Shown here: positions 40,841-51,575 of the stretch, in pieces
How the letters are laid out: every line of letters starts with the position of its first letter
Position numbering within the stretch: position 1 is the first letter of the stretch
Origin: Methanobacteriota archaeon
GTDB lineage: Archaea > Thermoplasmatota > Poseidoniia > Poseidoniales > Poseidoniaceae
DNA: 64,000 nucleotides
NCBI GenBank assembly: GCA_038104845.1
Contig: JAYOBJ010000009.1
Coordinates: 1,627 to 65,626 of the forward strand
Direction: 5' to 3'
Translations under genes and position numbers: made by a program
The notes under the pieces: generated by a model
The model's input: only the letters and a program-made list of their open reading frames with translations
Told to the model about the DNA's origin: nothing
Database searches by the model: none

Positions 40841-42913
40841 ATGGCAGGGACCGCAGAACGCATGGCTCAAAACCAAAAGCAGGTGTCCATCTCCGAGTTT
40901 TTTGAGAAAAACAAGCACTTCCTCGGGTTTGATTCGTTGACGCGTTCGCTGATCACGGCCGTGAAAGAGGCCGTGGACAACTCCCTTGACGCGTGTGAGG
41001 AGGCGCGCATCCTGCCCGACATCACCGTCCAACTCACAAAGGTGGACGACAAGAAGAACATCGTTGAACTGCGAACCGAGGACAACGGCCCCGGGATCCC
41101 CAAAACCAGCATCGAGAAAGTGTTCGGTCAACTCCTGTTCGGTTCACGCTTCCACGCCATTCGCCAGTCGCGTGGCCAACAAGGCATTGGCATCACAGGC
41201 GTGGTCATGTACAGTCAGTTGACCACAGGGCGCAAAACCCACGTCCGCTCCAAGATTGCCACCGAAGCGTCCGCAGCGGTGGTCGACATTGGACTTGACA
41301 CGAGAAAGAACAAAGCCACCAAACAGAACGAAGGGCGTGAAATCTGGGAGCGACCGGACGGGACCCTCAAGGAGCACGGTCTGGAGATCACCACACGAAT
41401 GAAAGGGAAATACCAGCGAGGGCGCCAAAGCGTGTATCAGTACCTACGGATGACCAGCATCGTCAACCCCCATGCCGCCATCACGTTCATCGATCCTGAC
41501 GGGGAAACGCATCACTGGCCTCGGGTCACGGACCGCTTGCCGCGTAAGGTGGAGGGCATCAAACCGCACCCACACGGCATTCACCTCGGCCAACTGCAAC
41601 GGATGTGCTCGGAATCCACCGATTCTCGCATGACGGTGTTCCTTCGAAACAACTTCTCGGGCGTGTCCTCGCGTGCCTCGAAGGAACTCCTGGCTGCGGC
41701 CGAGATTGAAGAGAAAGCCAAACCCAAGAGCCTCAAGGCAGAGCAGTTGCGCGCCCTGATCGAAGTCTTCCAAGGCGAGCGGCACCTCAACGGAAAACCG
41801 GTGAAACTGCTCAACCCACCGACAAACTGCCTGTCACCCATTCAAGAATTGCTCATCAAGAAAGGGTTGTCCAAGACCATTGATTCGCGGTTTGTCACCA
41901 CCATGACGCGGGCGCCGGCCGTCACGCAAGGCAACCCCTTCCAAGTCGAAGTGGGGCTCATCTTCGGCGAGGGCATGCCGGCGGACAAACCGGTTGAGGT
42001 GCTTCGGTTTGCCAACCGCGTCCCCCTGATGTACCAGCAAGGCGGTTGCCTCTTGACGAAGGCCATCGAATCGGTGGATTGGCGACAGTACGGGCTCGAC
42101 CAATCGGGCGGCCGTGGCGTTCCCAAAGGGCCTGCCGCCATCCTCGTTCATCTGGCAAGCACCAACGTGCAGTTCACCTCCGAAGCCAAGGAAGCGTTGG
42201 CGGACAACGAGGAGGTCATGGACGAAACGAGAAAGGCCATGCTCGAACTCGGTCGCGGTCTGCGAAAGCACCTGGAAAAGAAGAAGAAAATGGCGAAAAC
42301 GAGGGAGAAATTTGAGCTTGTCAACGACATCATCCCCGCCATCGCCGAAAAATCCGCTGCCATCCTTGGCAAACCGGTGCCGGACCTCTCCGGCTCGATC
42401 ACCAAAATCATGAGCGCCGTCATCGCCGAATCCAGCACGGCTTGGAACAAATCCACGAAACAGACCGATGTCAGCATCACCCTGTTCAACTACACCTCCA
42501 GGGCGAGAGCCTACACCCTCCTCGCTCGCTGGCCCGAAGAAGATGGGGCGACCATGGAGAACAACAGCCACGGCGGTCGAAAGGAAGCCACCGGCGTCTG
42601 GGCGTGGAAATTGGACACCCTGGACCCTGGCCAAACCGTCACCATCACCTACCAACTTGCCGGACTTGAACGCGGCGATTGGACCGACACGGACGTCTTT
42701 TACCGTGGCAGTCAGGACGTCATCGGAGCCACCAAAATGGATGAGAAATTGTTGGAGGAGATTCGCCGTCGTGAAGCGCATGAGGACGAGCAAGAGGATG
42801 ATGGCGAGGAAGAAAGCGATGAGGCTCGAGCTGAACCAACGGCTGCACCGCCGGTCAAAGCGCCGAAAACGCCTGGACAACAAACCCTGATGGGGTATGG
42901 AGGGGATGAGTGA
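40841..42913 (+). CDS. top6B: DNA topoisomerase VI subunit B
   Basis: EFFEKN, KEAVDNSLDACEE, EDNGPG, QSRGQQGIG, RFANRVPL. Confidence 0.97.
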   Translation: MAGTAERMAQNQKQVSISEFFEKNKHFLGFDSLTRSLITAVKEAVDNSLDACEEARILPDITVQLTKVDDKKNIVELRTEDNGPGIPKTSIEKVFGQLLFGSRFHAIRQSRGQQGIGITGVVMYSQLTTGRKTHVRSKIATEASAAVVDIGLDTRKNKATKQNEGREIWERPDGTLKEHGLEITTRMKGKYQRGRQSVYQYLRMTSIVNPHAAITFIDPDGETHHWPRVTDRLPRKVEGIKPHPHGIHLGQLQRMCSESTDSRMTVFLRNNFSGVSSRASKELLAAAEIEEKAKPKSLKAEQLRALIEVFQGERHLNGKPVKLLNPPTNCLSPIQELLIKKGLSKTIDSRFVTTMTRAPAVTQGNPFQVEVGLIFGEGMPADKPVEVLRFANRVPLMYQQGGCLLTKAIESVDWRQYGLDQSGGRGVPKGPAAILVHLASTNVQFTSEAKEALADNEEVMDETRKAMLELGRGLRKHLEKKKKMAKTREKFELVNDIIPAIAEKSAAILGKPVPDLSGSITKIMSAVIAESSTAWNKSTKQTDVSITLFNYTSRARAYTLLARWPEEDGATMENNSHGGRKEATGVWAWKLDTLDPGQTVTITYQLAGLERGDWTDTDVFYRGSQDVIGATKMDEKLLEEIRRREAHEDEQEDDGEEESDEARAEPTAAPPVKAPKTPGQQTLMGYGGDE

Positions 42914-44010
42914 TGGTCAAAGGGCACACCCAAGAGGACACCAAAGCGGCGCTGCACGACGTGGTCACGGAAATGTACGACAAAATCGTGAAAGGCGAAG
43001 CACCCACGATGACCCTCCCGGTTCGCACCAAGAACAACATCGGGTTTGACGAGCGTTTGGGCGTCTACAAATACGGCAAAAAGCAGTCCGTTCGGGACGC
43101 CACCAGTTTGGGTTCTGCCAAGCAACTGCTGCGTGCCCTCCATGTGGTGGAGTTCATTGAAGGCATGATCACAGACGGGAAATCGTCCACCCTCAGAGAA
43201 ATGTATTACATTTCGGAAAGTTGGGGCTTGGGTAAATTCTCGACCCAAAACGAATCCAACAATCTGGCTGAAGATCTTGAAGTGGTCACCAAGTGCATGC
43301 GAGAGGACTTCAAACTGCGTCCAGAAGAAGACGGGGCACGCATCATCGGCAACCTCACCTTGCAGGAGCGAAACCGACGCGGCGAATGGATGCGCATCAA
43401 CGCTCGAGACGATGTGGGCGATTCAGGGTACGGCGTGCCGTACAACGTGGAAGAAGAAAAAATCGAATTGCTCGAACACGACATCAACTTCCTGATGGCC
43501 ATCGAAACAGGTGGTATGTTCGACCGGTTGATTGAGAACGGCTTCGATGAAGCGTTTGGCTGCGGCCTGATTCACCTCAAGGGCCAGCCAGCACGATCCA
43601 CGCGTCGCATCATCAAGCGCATGAGTGAGGAATGGGATCTGCCGGTCGTCGTGTTCCTCGACGGCGACCCCTGGTCGTTCCGCATCTTCGCCTCCATCGC
43701 GTACGGTGCCATCAAGACCGCCCACATTTCAGAGTACCTTGCCACACCGTCGGCCACCTACCTTGGCATCACAGCCGACGACATCGTGGCGTACGATTTG
43801 CCCAGCGATGATCTCTCCTCCAAGGACGAAGAAGCGCTGAAAGCTGAACTCTCCGATCCTCGGTTCGCCGATGCGTGGTGGCAGGAACAAATCCACACCA
43901 TGCTCGATTTGGGCAAGAAGGCTGAGCAGCAATCGTTGGCAAAATACGGTCTTGATTTCGTGACCGACACCTACCTCCCTGAGAAGCTTGGGGAGCTGGG
44001 GCTGGCTTGA
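42913..44010 (+). CDS. top6A: DNA topoisomerase VI subunit A (Spo11-like)
   Basis: STLREMYY, AIETGG, LKGQPAR.TR, DGDPW, KAEQQ; TGATG overlap with top6B. Confidence 0.97.
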   Translation: MVKGHTQEDTKAALHDVVTEMYDKIVKGEAPTMTLPVRTKNNIGFDERLGVYKYGKKQSVRDATSLGSAKQLLRALHVVEFIEGMITDGKSSTLREMYYISESWGLGKFSTQNESNNLAEDLEVVTKCMREDFKLRPEEDGARIIGNLTLQERNRRGEWMRINARDDVGDSGYGVPYNVEEEKIELLEHDINFLMAIETGGMFDRLIENGFDEAFGCGLIHLKGQPARSTRRIIKRMSEEWDLPVVVFLDGDPWSFRIFASIAYGAIKTAHISEYLATPSATYLGITADDIVAYDLPSDDLSSKDEEALKAELSDPRFADAWWQEQIHTMLDLGKKAEQQSLAKYGLDFVTDTYLPEKLGELGLA

Positions 44011-44055
44011 GGTCATGAGCGAGCCTTATTGAGGTGGAGGGAGTCGTTTACGCCG

Positions 44056-45099
44056 ATGCAGGCGGCTCCTTCTGCGAAACGCTCACCTTGGGCGCTCCGT
44101 ATCACCGTGGTCTGCGGTGGCGTCTTTCTGTTGGGTCTGTTGTTGATTTCGGGTCAAGCCTCCAGCGTCATGACAGCGTTTGACCCACGTGAGACCCACG
44201 AACTGAACGTCGAAGGGGAAGGCACCTTTGTCACAGGAACCCTGGATGACACCTGTTATCGGTTCTACCAGCACGAGGACAACCGAAGCATGACCGTCAC
44301 CTTGCATCGCATCGAGGGTTCAGCCATGGTGGAGGACCCCGTTCCCACCGCCAACTGCAGTGCGGACTGGCAACCAATGGCTTCCGACGGTTCGTTGTTC
44401 ATCCAAACCGCCTCGTGGGTGTTGAACGGATCTTCCGAGCACGCACTCGTGGTGACGTGCGAGTCCGATTGTGCAGGAGAGCGGGGGTTCCTGGTCTCCA
44501 TTGACCGGTTGCAAAACGACATGTTTGCCAACACCCCGCTGGTTCTTGGCAGTTTGATGTGCTGCATGGGCCTCTTGTCAACACCGGTCGCCCTCATCTT
44601 TTACCTCACGTCCAAACCCAATCGTGCACCCAAAGTCATGATGGTGAATGCGGAGGGACAGCTCGTGCCCATCACGCACCTGACGCCCGAACAAACGGCG
44701 ATGATGCAACAACAACCCGTTGATGCCGCACCCCAAGCAACCGTTGCACCGCCGTTTGCTGACACGGTGGAAGCACCGCAAAACGACACCTTCGTTGACG
44801 GTTTGCCCGATGTTGCAGCGGGTCAAATGCTGACGACCGAGCAAGTGTTTGCGCTGATGAACGGCGATGTGGAGGCCGCCAGAGAGCACGCACGCACCGA
44901 ACGGCACCAGATCAACAGTGCTGAAGTGGCCATCAAGGAAGCGGCCAACGCTGCGGCCATCGCTTCGTGGGACGAGGGCGTCGACCTGGCGACCAACCCC
45001 TACGAGCCGCCCACGTCACAACCCGTTTCCCGTTCACGAATCACCCGAACCGACGACGCTGTCAAGGATCAATTCTGGAAAGAATGGGACGAGCAGTGA
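44056..45099 (+). CDS. Two-TM hypothetical membrane protein
   Basis: TM, Cys-containing extracellular domain, TM, low-complexity tail. Confidence 0.7.
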   Translation: MQAAPSAKRSPWALRITVVCGGVFLLGLLLISGQASSVMTAFDPRETHELNVEGEGTFVTGTLDDTCYRFYQHEDNRSMTVTLHRIEGSAMVEDPVPTANCSADWQPMASDGSLFIQTASWVLNGSSEHALVVTCESDCAGERGFLVSIDRLQNDMFANTPLVLGSLMCCMGLLSTPVALIFYLTSKPNRAPKVMMVNAEGQLVPITHLTPEQTAMMQQQPVDAAPQATVAPPFADTVEAPQNDTFVDGLPDVAAGQMLTTEQVFALMNGDVEAAREHARTERHQINSAEVAIKEAANAAAIASWDEGVDLATNPYEPPTSQPVSRSRITRTDDAVKDQFWKEWDEQ

Positions 45100-45152
45100 A
45101 CCGACGATGACTTGATAGAGGGCCGGCCACTACTCAACCCCGGGTTGAGAAG

Positions 45153-45926
45153 ATGACTGACCTGGACAAGGCCCTACACCTGTTGCAAAACAAGGTTCGG
45201 CGGCAAATTCTCGAGCGTTTGATTCGAGAACCCCACTACCCCATGCAGTTGGCCGAACTGATCGGCGTGAGCCAACCCGCCATCGTGAAACACCTCAAGG
45301 AGTTGGAACGCGGCCAAATGGTCTCAAAATCAAAAGTTCCCTCCGAAAAGGGAGGACCGCCCAAGACCATCTACGCCGTCGAACAAGCATTTTCCATCCA
45401 CATTGACTTGGGTCCCGACCTGTTTCGATGCGAACAACGTCGACTCCCCGCTGCAAGCCCGATTCGGCTGGCTTCGAAATTGCCCGAACGGACCCGTGCT
45501 GTGGCCGACGCCTTGGGCGGCCGCCGGAAAATCGCTGTTGGCGAGGGCCTCGAACACTTACGAACGCTCGCCGAAGCCCTCGACGAGTTGGACGCACAAC
45601 GCGATGCGATCATTTCGTTGCATCAACACGTCCGCCAGCGCGTTTCCGCCGGTGTTGAAGCCGATTTTGAGCATTATGAAGAACGGAGCATCATCCAATC
45701 CATCGTTGAGTCCAACGGTGCACAACTTGACTTGAACGCCCTGCTCAAGCACCACGAGGTGGGAGAGCGGGAGTTGTATGATCTGGTTGATACCCTCAGC
45801 GCCCAACTTGAACGGCAACTCGCCAAGCGAGCGGGCCACATCGTGGCCGCTCCACTGAACACCGACCTGCGCTATTTCTTGGGCCTGGGCACCAACGACG
45901 GACGACCAAACGATGGCGGTGCATGA
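45153..45926 (+). CDS. ArsR-family HTH transcriptional regulator
   Basis: N.VRRQIL..L, LAELIGVSQPAIVKHLKELE..G, GGPPKTIY. Confidence 0.88.
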   Translation: MTDLDKALHLLQNKVRRQILERLIREPHYPMQLAELIGVSQPAIVKHLKELERGQMVSKSKVPSEKGGPPKTIYAVEQAFSIHIDLGPDLFRCEQRRLPAASPIRLASKLPERTRAVADALGGRRKIAVGEGLEHLRTLAEALDELDAQRDAIISLHQHVRQRVSAGVEADFEHYEERSIIQSIVESNGAQLDLNALLKHHEVGERELYDLVDTLSAQLERQLAKRAGHIVAAPLNTDLRYFLGLGTNDGRPNDGGA

Positions 45927-45978
45927 CCAGCATCGTGAACCGACCCGTTTAGGTTCAGCGTTCTCAGGCACACCAATC

Positions 45979-46413
45979 TCAAGCATCCGGCTCCCAAGCA
46001 GGGTCGAAGATGCGTGCGTCGTCTTTGAACGCCTTGAACTCGAGGTGATTGCCTGAGGGGTCGCGAATGAACATGGTGGCCTGCGCCCCAGGTAAGCCAG
46101 CGTACCGCATGTAGGGGCCCAAAGCAAAAGGAAGACCGCGCGCCTCGAAACGTTCCCTCAATGCGTGCCATGCATCCCATTCCAACACCATGCCGAAATG
46201 CATGGAAGGGACAGCGTGGCCATCCACTGGGTTGGTGGCCAACGATGGCATGGCTTCAACCCGATGCGCAACGATTTGGTGGCCGTGGAAGTTGAACACG
46301 CAGGACGATGGTCGCTCCCGTCCCACCGTGCAACCAAGCACTTCGGTGTAGAAGCCCTTCGCTTGTTCAATGTCCGTCACCGGGAACGCCAAATGGAACG
46401 GCCGAAGGCCCAC
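45979..46413 (-). CDS. VOC/glyoxalase family protein
   Basis: PFHLAFPV, FY..VLG, HFG, DPSGNHLEFK. Confidence 0.9.
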   Translation of the reverse strand: MGLRPFHLAFPVTDIEQAKGFYTEVLGCTVGRERPSSCVFNFHGHQIVAHRVEAMPSLATNPVDGHAVPSMHFGMVLEWDAWHALRERFEARGLPFALGPYMRYAGLPGAQATMFIRDPSGNHLEFKAFKDDARIFDPAWEPDA

Positions 46414-46432
46414 CCCGAATCACCCTCTTGAA

Positions 46433-49400
46433 TCAGAGGTTTTCCTCGGCCAGGACCGACACGAGCGAAGATTGCTCTGCCAGTCGCTTGTTGACCTCGT
46501 CGCGTCGTCCCTTGCCCACGAGGTACACCACACCCAGGAGGGCGAGTGTCAGCACGATCACAGCAAAGGGCAGGGCCGTCTTACCGACCACCTCAGAAGC
46601 AGTGTCGAGGAACGGACTGTTCGATTCAAGCGCGTTCTCGATGGCTCGGACGTTGTCGCCTTCATCGGATTCCACGATTTCGTTCATGGGGTCGACGACG
46701 ACATACACGCCCTTGGAACCAGCCGAAACGGGATAGAGCAGGTACAGTTCGATTTCCTTGGATTCTTCGGAGGCGTCCGGTGCAAGCAACGCACCAACAA
46801 CCTGCCGCATCACGACACGGTCTTCCTCGCAGCCTTCGTTGCGCAATTCCTTGAGGACCTCCGCATCAGCGACTTTGTCGTACTCGCACAGCACGATCTC
46901 AATGTCGGTGGCGTGGACGTTGCCCGTGTTGGCCAACCGGATACCGATGCGGATGGTCGAATCCACTTCACCGCTGAAGGACGGTGGTGCAATGATTTCG
47001 ACGATTTCGAGGTTGGGTGCACGGAGACGTAGGGTCACGATGAACTCGTTGGTGTCGTAGTTTTCACCGTCCCAATCGGGCGAATCATCGTGATCGCCGT
47101 TGTTGTCCATGTCGCCAAACATCGAGACCACCTTGAGGCCCAAGGGTCGGGTCACAAGGGAGGCTTCGGGGCTGATGGCAACAGCCGCCACCACACCGTG
47201 GGTCTGGTAAGGGGCCATTTCGGGGAGGCGGTACTCACCGATGTCCGTCAGGTAGACACACTCGTCTTCGGGGAAGGAAGATGCGGTGGACACGGTGTCA
47301 ATGCACGGTTCCTCAACGACCACGTCAGCACTGAGCTGTTTCAGCATGAACCACTCGACGCTCCATCCGGACAATTGATTCATGCCGGGCAGCGTGCTCC
47401 AGAGAAGGCTTTCACCGTCGACTTGGGCTGTGTGGTTGTTCAGGGTCGGTACATCGGGCACGTTGCCTTGGTTCGTCACGTTGAAGGTGAATCGGACAAT
47501 TCGGCCAGGCGCTGACGTCTTGACGGCGTTGTCCACCGTGGGGTCCATGGAAATTTGCATGTCGTGGAACTCGTTGACCTCCACGTTCAGCACCACCGAG
47601 TCTCGCAAGCGGGTTTCCCGCCCGCTGGCATCGGGATAGGCTTCTTCGGAGAAGGCCTGGAGCACAACGGTGTACTGACCTGCAGGAACGCGCTGAGGCA
47701 CGTTCATGATCACGTCGAAACTCTGGTAGGTGTCGGGCGAAAGTTCCATCAGGTTCTCGCGAGGAATTTGAATGTCCCAAATGACGTCCACGCCGAACGC
47801 ATCGGTGACGCGAGCGAGACGGAAGTCAAATCGGTCAGGGCCGTTGCCGTCGTTGGACACCGTCATGGGCAGCGTGAGTTGGTCGCCGGGGTTCACGCTC
47901 AGTGAGGTGCCAACGGCGGGGTCAATGCCTGCATCGAGACTGTACACATGCTCGACCGTGGTCGAGAGGATGACCGAATCGGAAATGCGTGGGTAACCAT
48001 CGAGGTACGCCTTGAGCGTGATGGCAGGACCCAATCCAGCCGAGGCGTTGGTGGGAGCGCAGACTTCAACGGTGACGGTCTTTGTCACAGAATCGTCGCT
48101 GCCTTGGATTCGCCAGGCGATGGGATCGCCCAATCCGTCGCCCACGTCTTCCGCGCCAGCGGCGTTGGTGAAGTCAACGTTGACCACCCAGTTCTCCTGT
48201 TGCCAAGCGTCAAGGGCCACGCCCTCTGGCCGCATTTCTGGGGCGCCGGGTGTCACGAACACGAGGTCGCCTGAATCGAAGTTCTTGGTCACATCAACGG
48301 GGTAAACGGCACAATCGCCGGGTTGGACGATCTCGCTGCGATCATCGATGGAGAACTCAATGTTCCCGGTGGAGCGAATGGAGACGAACACACCGAGTTC
48401 AAGGATGTCGTAGGTCCCCTTTTCCACGGACTTGATCGGTTCGCCTTCGGACCAACCCTTCACGTAAATCACGAAGGCCCCGGGGTCTTCGGATGTGGGG
48501 ACGCTCACTTCGAGGTTCTTCGTGACCGATTGACCGGGATCCAACTCAACGCGAGTGGGGAAGTTCACCTGCCAGCCGAACGGCAACAGCCATTCCTGCT
48601 GCCCTTCGAGGCTGTTGGGGTCCCAAAACACGAACGCGTCGTGCACGTTGCCGGTGTTGGTGATGGTGATGGAGAACACAGCGGTTTGACCCTGTTCAAC
48701 GTCAGCCATGCTGTGCGAGGTGTCCAAGTTGATGCCGTGAACCACGTCCATGAGCGTCAGTGTCACGAGTTCGTTCTGGATGGCCGGATCTTTGTAGGAT
48801 TGAGCTGTGACCCGAATGTCGGCCAATTCATCACCGTTGGCTTGGTAGATGGACGGGGCTTGCACACGCATGTAGAAGCGTACATTTTCACCACCCTCGA
48901 GGTAAATGGGCGTGTCAGGGAAGATGCTCGAGTGGTTGGAAGCGAAGTAGAGGTTGGCCGTCCAGTTGAGCGGCACACCTGAGATGTTCAAACCGTAGGT
49001 GTCGGCCACCAGGTCGGATGGTCCAGGTGTGGAATTGTTCATCGTGAGGTTGTAGATGGTTTGCTGACCGGGCTCGATGACATGGTAGAAGGTCTCGCCC
49101 TCGTCAAATTCAACGTCAACTTGGCCGGTCAAGATGTGGGAGTAACAAATCGTGAATCGGTTGTTGTTGCCTTCATCGCTGCACCGGTTGGTGTCCGACC
49201 AAGCCACGTGTGCGCCGCTGCCAAGGTCGTTGGCAAACGCCGGTGGCATACCGACGCTCGGTTGACGGCCACTGCTGGGACCCAACTTGTTGGAATTCCA
49301 GGACGACACGGCAGTGATTTCCCACGGATCCAGTGCCGTTTCACCGTCGCCGGTCAAATCCGTCTGATTCAGACGGACGTACTGAATTTCCTCGCTGGCC

Positions 49401-51460
49401 GACAGGTTGCCAGAGTCCACCCACGCGATGTGGATGTTGTTCTGGTCATCCGTCAACAACGATGGGAAGACGGAGTTTCCTGCGTACGGGGAAGCCGGTG
49501 GAAGGCCGCTCTTTCCCTCCACGTTGGAGATGGGGGTGTCGTTGATGCGCTTGATGGCGTACGTGGACAAGCCTTGGTCGGCGCCGTCCCATGCACCAGC
49601 ACCTTGCAAACGGAGTTTGGTGTAGTACACTTCGTAATTGACGTCCTTCTCGAACCCATAGTCACGGCCGTCCATCCAAGCGATGTGGGTGTTGCCCTGC
49701 AAATCCACACCGATGGAGGGGTGGAAGGAGTAAGCATCGTCGATGGTCACACGGGTGTCGTTGACCACGACCAGGTGGCCGTCAGCGCCAGCGCCCGTGT
49801 CTTCGATGTAACCGCCAAATTGAACCTGGTGACCGGATGCACCGGGCACGAACGACGGGTCGTTGTTCATCTTGGCGTAGGGGTCGAGCACGGTCATGTA
49901 GATCTCACGGGAGTTGTTGGTGGAAATGTACACCATGGCTTCGACAAGGAGGGACATCTGGTTGGTGCCGGTGCCGGAGGGGAACTCGTAGGCTTGGCCA
50001 CCAGCGTCGGTGTTGGCGAGTGTGTTGCCGGGACAGTTGCGGGTCTGCGTCGACACCACGCCATTGGGGCACTGAACCAGGTCCATGAAGTGAGATTGGA
50101 TGTTTCCGGCACCGCCGTAGCCTTGGCCGTAGAGGCCAACGGGAATCACGCCGGCGAGCAGGCAGTTGTCGTGTGCCTCCTGGATGGCCGCTTTGTCGTC
50201 TGCTTGCTGCGAGGGGTCGCCGTCCTTGGGACCTTCATCGGACACGGGGATGACGATCTTGGTGGCGTTGGGGTTCCAGCGGTGGTCGTCGGCGGTGGGC
50301 GGGTTGCCGGGCACGTTGCCGGCGGCGTCCTTCCAGGAAAGGCAGGCCCAATTGGAACCGGGGCCCCAATCCTCGCCGGAATAGCCGGAGTACGTGTTGC
50401 CGTTGTAGACCGTCCCCGGGAGTTTTCGGATGCCCCCGGAGTCGTCACCGGGCACCTGGCCGAGCGGCGTGGTGCGTGGGCCGGTGTTTTGGTTGTAACC
50501 TGCGCAGTTGCCTGAGGAGGCCGCCCCAGGTAGCGTGTTGCCCAAGCCGTAGATGGTCTCGAACACGGTCATGTTGGCGACCTCAAGCATGGGTTTGATG
50601 CCTTGGAAGTAGCCGCCTGAAGCGAAGTTGCCGCCGTACACCACCGTGCAGATATCGGCCCATTCGGAGTACATCGAACCGGACGTGTCGACAATGAACG
50701 CGAGTTCGACCTTACCGCCTCGGGTGTCGTCCCAAGCGATTTGGACATAGTCGTTGGCGTCCACCACGACATCGGGGTGACCTTTGTGACCGATGATCGG
50801 CGTCAGCAGCGTGTCATCGAACAGCGTTATGATGGCCCCCGAGCCCATGTCAGGCTGAATCATGGAGTAGTAGATTTGTGGTTGGTTGAAGAATTTGTTC
50901 TCCGAGTCGTGGTTGTCCTGCCAAACAATGTGGACGTTGTTTTGACTGTCGATGTCCAAAGCAGGCCAGTCGCGGTTCGATGGATTTCGGGCGATGATGG
51001 TGTCCTGGATGACGGAGATGGTGCCGTCAGCAGAGGCCATGCCGTCCCTTGCGGCTGCCCAAGGAGACAGGGCCGAGTACATGATGGTGTGCTGGCCGGC
51101 CTTGTCGGCCCACACCACATGAATGCGGTCCAGGTCGTCCACGGCAATGTCAGGATGCCAAATCTTGTGAAGTCCGGAGTCGGTGATTTGGGTGGCATCG
51201 ATGAGGGTCTCGCCCCGTGGCGATAGCATGGAGTAATACAGGTGGAGGTTGTTGCGGGTCCAGACAACGTGGACGTTGCCCTCGCTATCGGCGACGACAG
51301 CCGCTTGTGCATCGGAAGCGGTTCCGCCATCCACGATCTGGACAGCTTCGGTGATCACAACGGTGTTGGCACTGACGCTGACACTGGCGACCAGCAGTGT
51401 GGACATCACGGACAGCAGCATCAACGAAGCCAGACTTACGGACTTGAATTTTTGATTCAT
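46433..51460 (-). CDS. Large cell-surface protein (1675 aa) with vWA-like, Ig-like and CARDB-like domains
   Basis: Signal peptide; repeated HIVW/HIAW blades; FIVDTSGSM MIDAS; TN.GN..D repeats; VVVDPMNEIVESDEGDN; C-terminal TM. Confidence 0.85.
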   Translation of the reverse strand: MNQKFKSVSLASLMLLSVMSTLLVASVSVSANTVVITEAVQIVDGGTASDAQAAVVADSEGNVHVVWTRNNLHLYYSMLSPRGETLIDATQITDSGLHKIWHPDIAVDDLDRIHVVWADKAGQHTIMYSALSPWAAARDGMASADGTISVIQDTIIARNPSNRDWPALDIDSQNNVHIVWQDNHDSENKFFNQPQIYYSMIQPDMGSGAIITLFDDTLLTPIIGHKGHPDVVVDANDYVQIAWDDTRGGKVELAFIVDTSGSMYSEWADICTVVYGGNFASGGYFQGIKPMLEVANMTVFETIYGLGNTLPGAASSGNCAGYNQNTGPRTTPLGQVPGDDSGGIRKLPGTVYNGNTYSGYSGEDWGPGSNWACLSWKDAAGNVPGNPPTADDHRWNPNATKIVIPVSDEGPKDGDPSQQADDKAAIQEAHDNCLLAGVIPVGLYGQGYGGAGNIQSHFMDLVQCPNGVVSTQTRNCPGNTLANTDAGGQAYEFPSGTGTNQMSLLVEAMVYISTNNSREIYMTVLDPYAKMNNDPSFVPGASGHQVQFGGYIEDTGAGADGHLVVVNDTRVTIDDAYSFHPSIGVDLQGNTHIAWMDGRDYGFEKDVNYEVYYTKLRLQGAGAWDGADQGLSTYAIKRINDTPISNVEGKSGLPPASPYAGNSVFPSLLTDDQNNIHIAWVDSGNLSASEEIQYVRLNQTDLTGDGETALDPWEITAVSSWNSNKLGPSSGRQPSVGMPPAFANDLGSGAHVAWSDTNRCSDEGNNNRFTICYSHILTGQVDVEFDEGETFYHVIEPGQQTIYNLTMNNSTPGPSDLVADTYGLNISGVPLNWTANLYFASNHSSIFPDTPIYLEGGENVRFYMRVQAPSIYQANGDELADIRVTAQSYKDPAIQNELVTLTLMDVVHGINLDTSHSMADVEQGQTAVFSITITNTGNVHDAFVFWDPNSLEGQQEWLLPFGWQVNFPTRVELDPGQSVTKNLEVSVPTSEDPGAFVIYVKGWSEGEPIKSVEKGTYDILELGVFVSIRSTGNIEFSIDDRSEIVQPGDCAVYPVDVTKNFDSGDLVFVTPGAPEMRPEGVALDAWQQENWVVNVDFTNAAGAEDVGDGLGDPIAWRIQGSDDSVTKTVTVEVCAPTNASAGLGPAITLKAYLDGYPRISDSVILSTTVEHVYSLDAGIDPAVGTSLSVNPGDQLTLPMTVSNDGNGPDRFDFRLARVTDAFGVDVIWDIQIPRENLMELSPDTYQSFDVIMNVPQRVPAGQYTVVLQAFSEEAYPDASGRETRLRDSVVLNVEVNEFHDMQISMDPTVDNAVKTSAPGRIVRFTFNVTNQGNVPDVPTLNNHTAQVDGESLLWSTLPGMNQLSGWSVEWFMLKQLSADVVVEEPCIDTVSTASSFPEDECVYLTDIGEYRLPEMAPYQTHGVVAAVAISPEASLVTRPLGLKVVSMFGDMDNNGDHDDSPDWDGENYDTNEFIVTLRLRAPNLEIVEIIAPPSFSGEVDSTIRIGIRLANTGNVHATDIEIVLCEYDKVADAEVLKELRNEGCEEDRVVMRQVVGALLAPDASEESKEIELYLLYPVSAGSKGVYVVVDPMNEIVESDEGDNVRAIENALESNSPFLDTASEVVGKTALPFAVIVLTLALLGVVYLVGKGRRDEVNKRLAEQSSLVSVLAEENL

Positions 51461-51575
51461 GGGCTCACCTCAACGGACAGTTCTTTTCACGGTCTTCTCC
51501 TACTTAACCGCGCTCCCTTGAGGTCAGTCTTCACCCCATCGGCATGCGAGGAGCGGACCGGTTTTCACGCCTCAA

